A stretch of 64,000 bases of DNA from a bacterium (GTDB taxonomy: Bacteria > Desulfobacterota_D > UBA1144). Location: positions 24,702 through 88,701 of the forward strand of contig JABILG010000018.1 in assembly GCA_018654605.1 (NCBI GenBank). Reading direction: 5' to 3'. The stretch's first letter is position 1. The number at the start of each line of letters is the position of its first letter. Shown one piece after another: positions 63,144 through 64,000 of the stretch. A model generated the notes under the pieces. That model ran no database searches, had not been told where the DNA came from, and saw only the letters and a program-made list of their open reading frames with translations. Made by a program: the position numbers and the translations under genes.

Positions 63144-63884
63144 TTAAGTGTATAAACCACCGTTAATTTTTAAAACTTCTCCAGTTATATATGATGAATC
63201 ATCTGAAGCTAAAAACAATACAGCTTTAGCAACATCTTCAGGCTTTCCGAATCTTGAGAGTGGGATTATTTCTTTATATTTATCTTTAATACTATCTGAT
63301 AATACTTCTGTAATTTCTGTCTCAATAAAGCCAGGCGTAATTGCGTTAACATTTATATTCTTTGAGCCTAATTCTTTAGCTAAAGACTTTGTAAACCCAA
63401 TTAGTGCGGACTTAGTTGAAGAATAATTAACCTGTCCAGGGTTACCCATCTCACCTACTACTGATGATATATTAATTATCTTTCCATATTGATTTTTCAG
63501 CATCGTCCTGACAACATTCTTTGTGCAATTAAAAACGCCTTTTGTGTTAGTTTCAAAAACCTCGTCCCACTGACTTTCCTTCATTCTCATAAACAGAGAA
63601 TCTCTAGTAATTCCTGCGTTATTAACTAAAATATCAATTCTTCCGTATTTATCAATTAAAGATTTTATCTTTTCTTCCACTATAGAATAATCAGATACGT
63701 CAAATCCTACCACCTCACCAGTTCCATTGCTTTCTTCTATTTCTTCTAAGACTTTACCAGCTGAGTCACGAGAATTTGAATAATTAATAAGCACAGTAGC
63801 ACCGGCCTTGGCTAATTCTATACAGATTGAACTACCTATTCCTCTAGACCCACCTGTAACTAATGCAATTCTACCTTCTAACAT
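63144..63884 (-). CDS. fabG: 3-oxoacyl-ACP reductase
   Basis: VTGGSRGIG, LVNNAGITRD, NYSSTK (YxxxK), PGFI; ATG at 63884. Confidence 0.96.
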   Translation of the reverse strand: MLEGRIALVTGGSRGIGSSICIELAKAGATVLINYSNSRDSAGKVLEEIEESNGTGEVVGFDVSDYSIVEEKIKSLIDKYGRIDILVNNAGITRDSLFMRMKESQWDEVFETNTKGVFNCTKNVVRTMLKNQYGKIINISSVVGEMGNPGQVNYSSTKSALIGFTKSLAKELGSKNINVNAITPGFIETEITEVLSDSIKDKYKEIIPLSRFGKPEDVAKAVLFLASDDSSYITGEVLKINGGLYT

Positions 63885-63885
63885 T

Positions 63886-64000
63886 TTAGATTTTTTCCAA
63901 ATCGGCTTTTTCACCGAAATTTAAAGTTTCACATTCTGGCACTATTCTTTTAATTAATCCAGTCAAAACATTTTTGGGGCCAATTTCCATAAATGACTTA
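63886..64000 (-). CDS. fabD: Malonyl-CoA:ACP transacylase, C-terminal fragment (5' end outside window)
   Basis: Manual translation ...KSFMEIGPKNVLTGLIKRIVP...EKI*, matching FabD EIGPGKVLxGL; position before fabG. Confidence 0.85.
   Translation of the reverse strand, partial: KSFMEIGPKNVLTGLIKRIVPECETLNFGEKADLEKI

Overview
Core-genome window from an AT-rich, strongly streamlined bacterium. GC looks roughly 30% by eye (not computed), the genetic code is standard (TGA is used as a stop), and most intergenic gaps are 0-60 nt. RpoA, RpoB/C and the fabF-rpiB gene order look deltaproteobacteria-like; a marine Dadabacteria-type lineage is one candidate, but that is inference only. Contents: der (partial), a GT4 glycosyltransferase, ilvE, pepA, a ccdA/malic enzyme/TlpA/ccmH cluster, a degenerate ApbE-like gene, metF-like and ubiE/menG genes, an LLM oxidoreductase abutting rplQ, the str-S10-spc-alpha ribosomal superoperon (no rpmD or rpmJ), purD, glmS, glmU, ssb, a Nudix hydrolase, rpoZ, hisE, a small block of unexplained genes, era, aspS, mtaB, mnmA, purL, purF, and a continuous fabD-fabG-acpP-fabF-rpiB-secE-nusG-rplKAJL-rpoBC-valS run. 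secE (61015-61194) was missing from the ORF track and was read by hand. I saw no rRNA, tRNA, CRISPR array or mobile element. The best candidate for something undescribed is a tandem pair of paralogous FmdB-type zinc-ribbon proteins (36772-37865). In both, the ribbon is split by an equal-length, gaplessly alignable insert of about 74 aa. The pair is flanked by a 75-aa hypothetical gene and a divergent ScpB-like crotonase. A second theme is apparent loss of metal (Zn/Fe-S) ligands in S14, S4, Adk, ValRS and PurF. Family assignments come from recalled motifs, not database searches.
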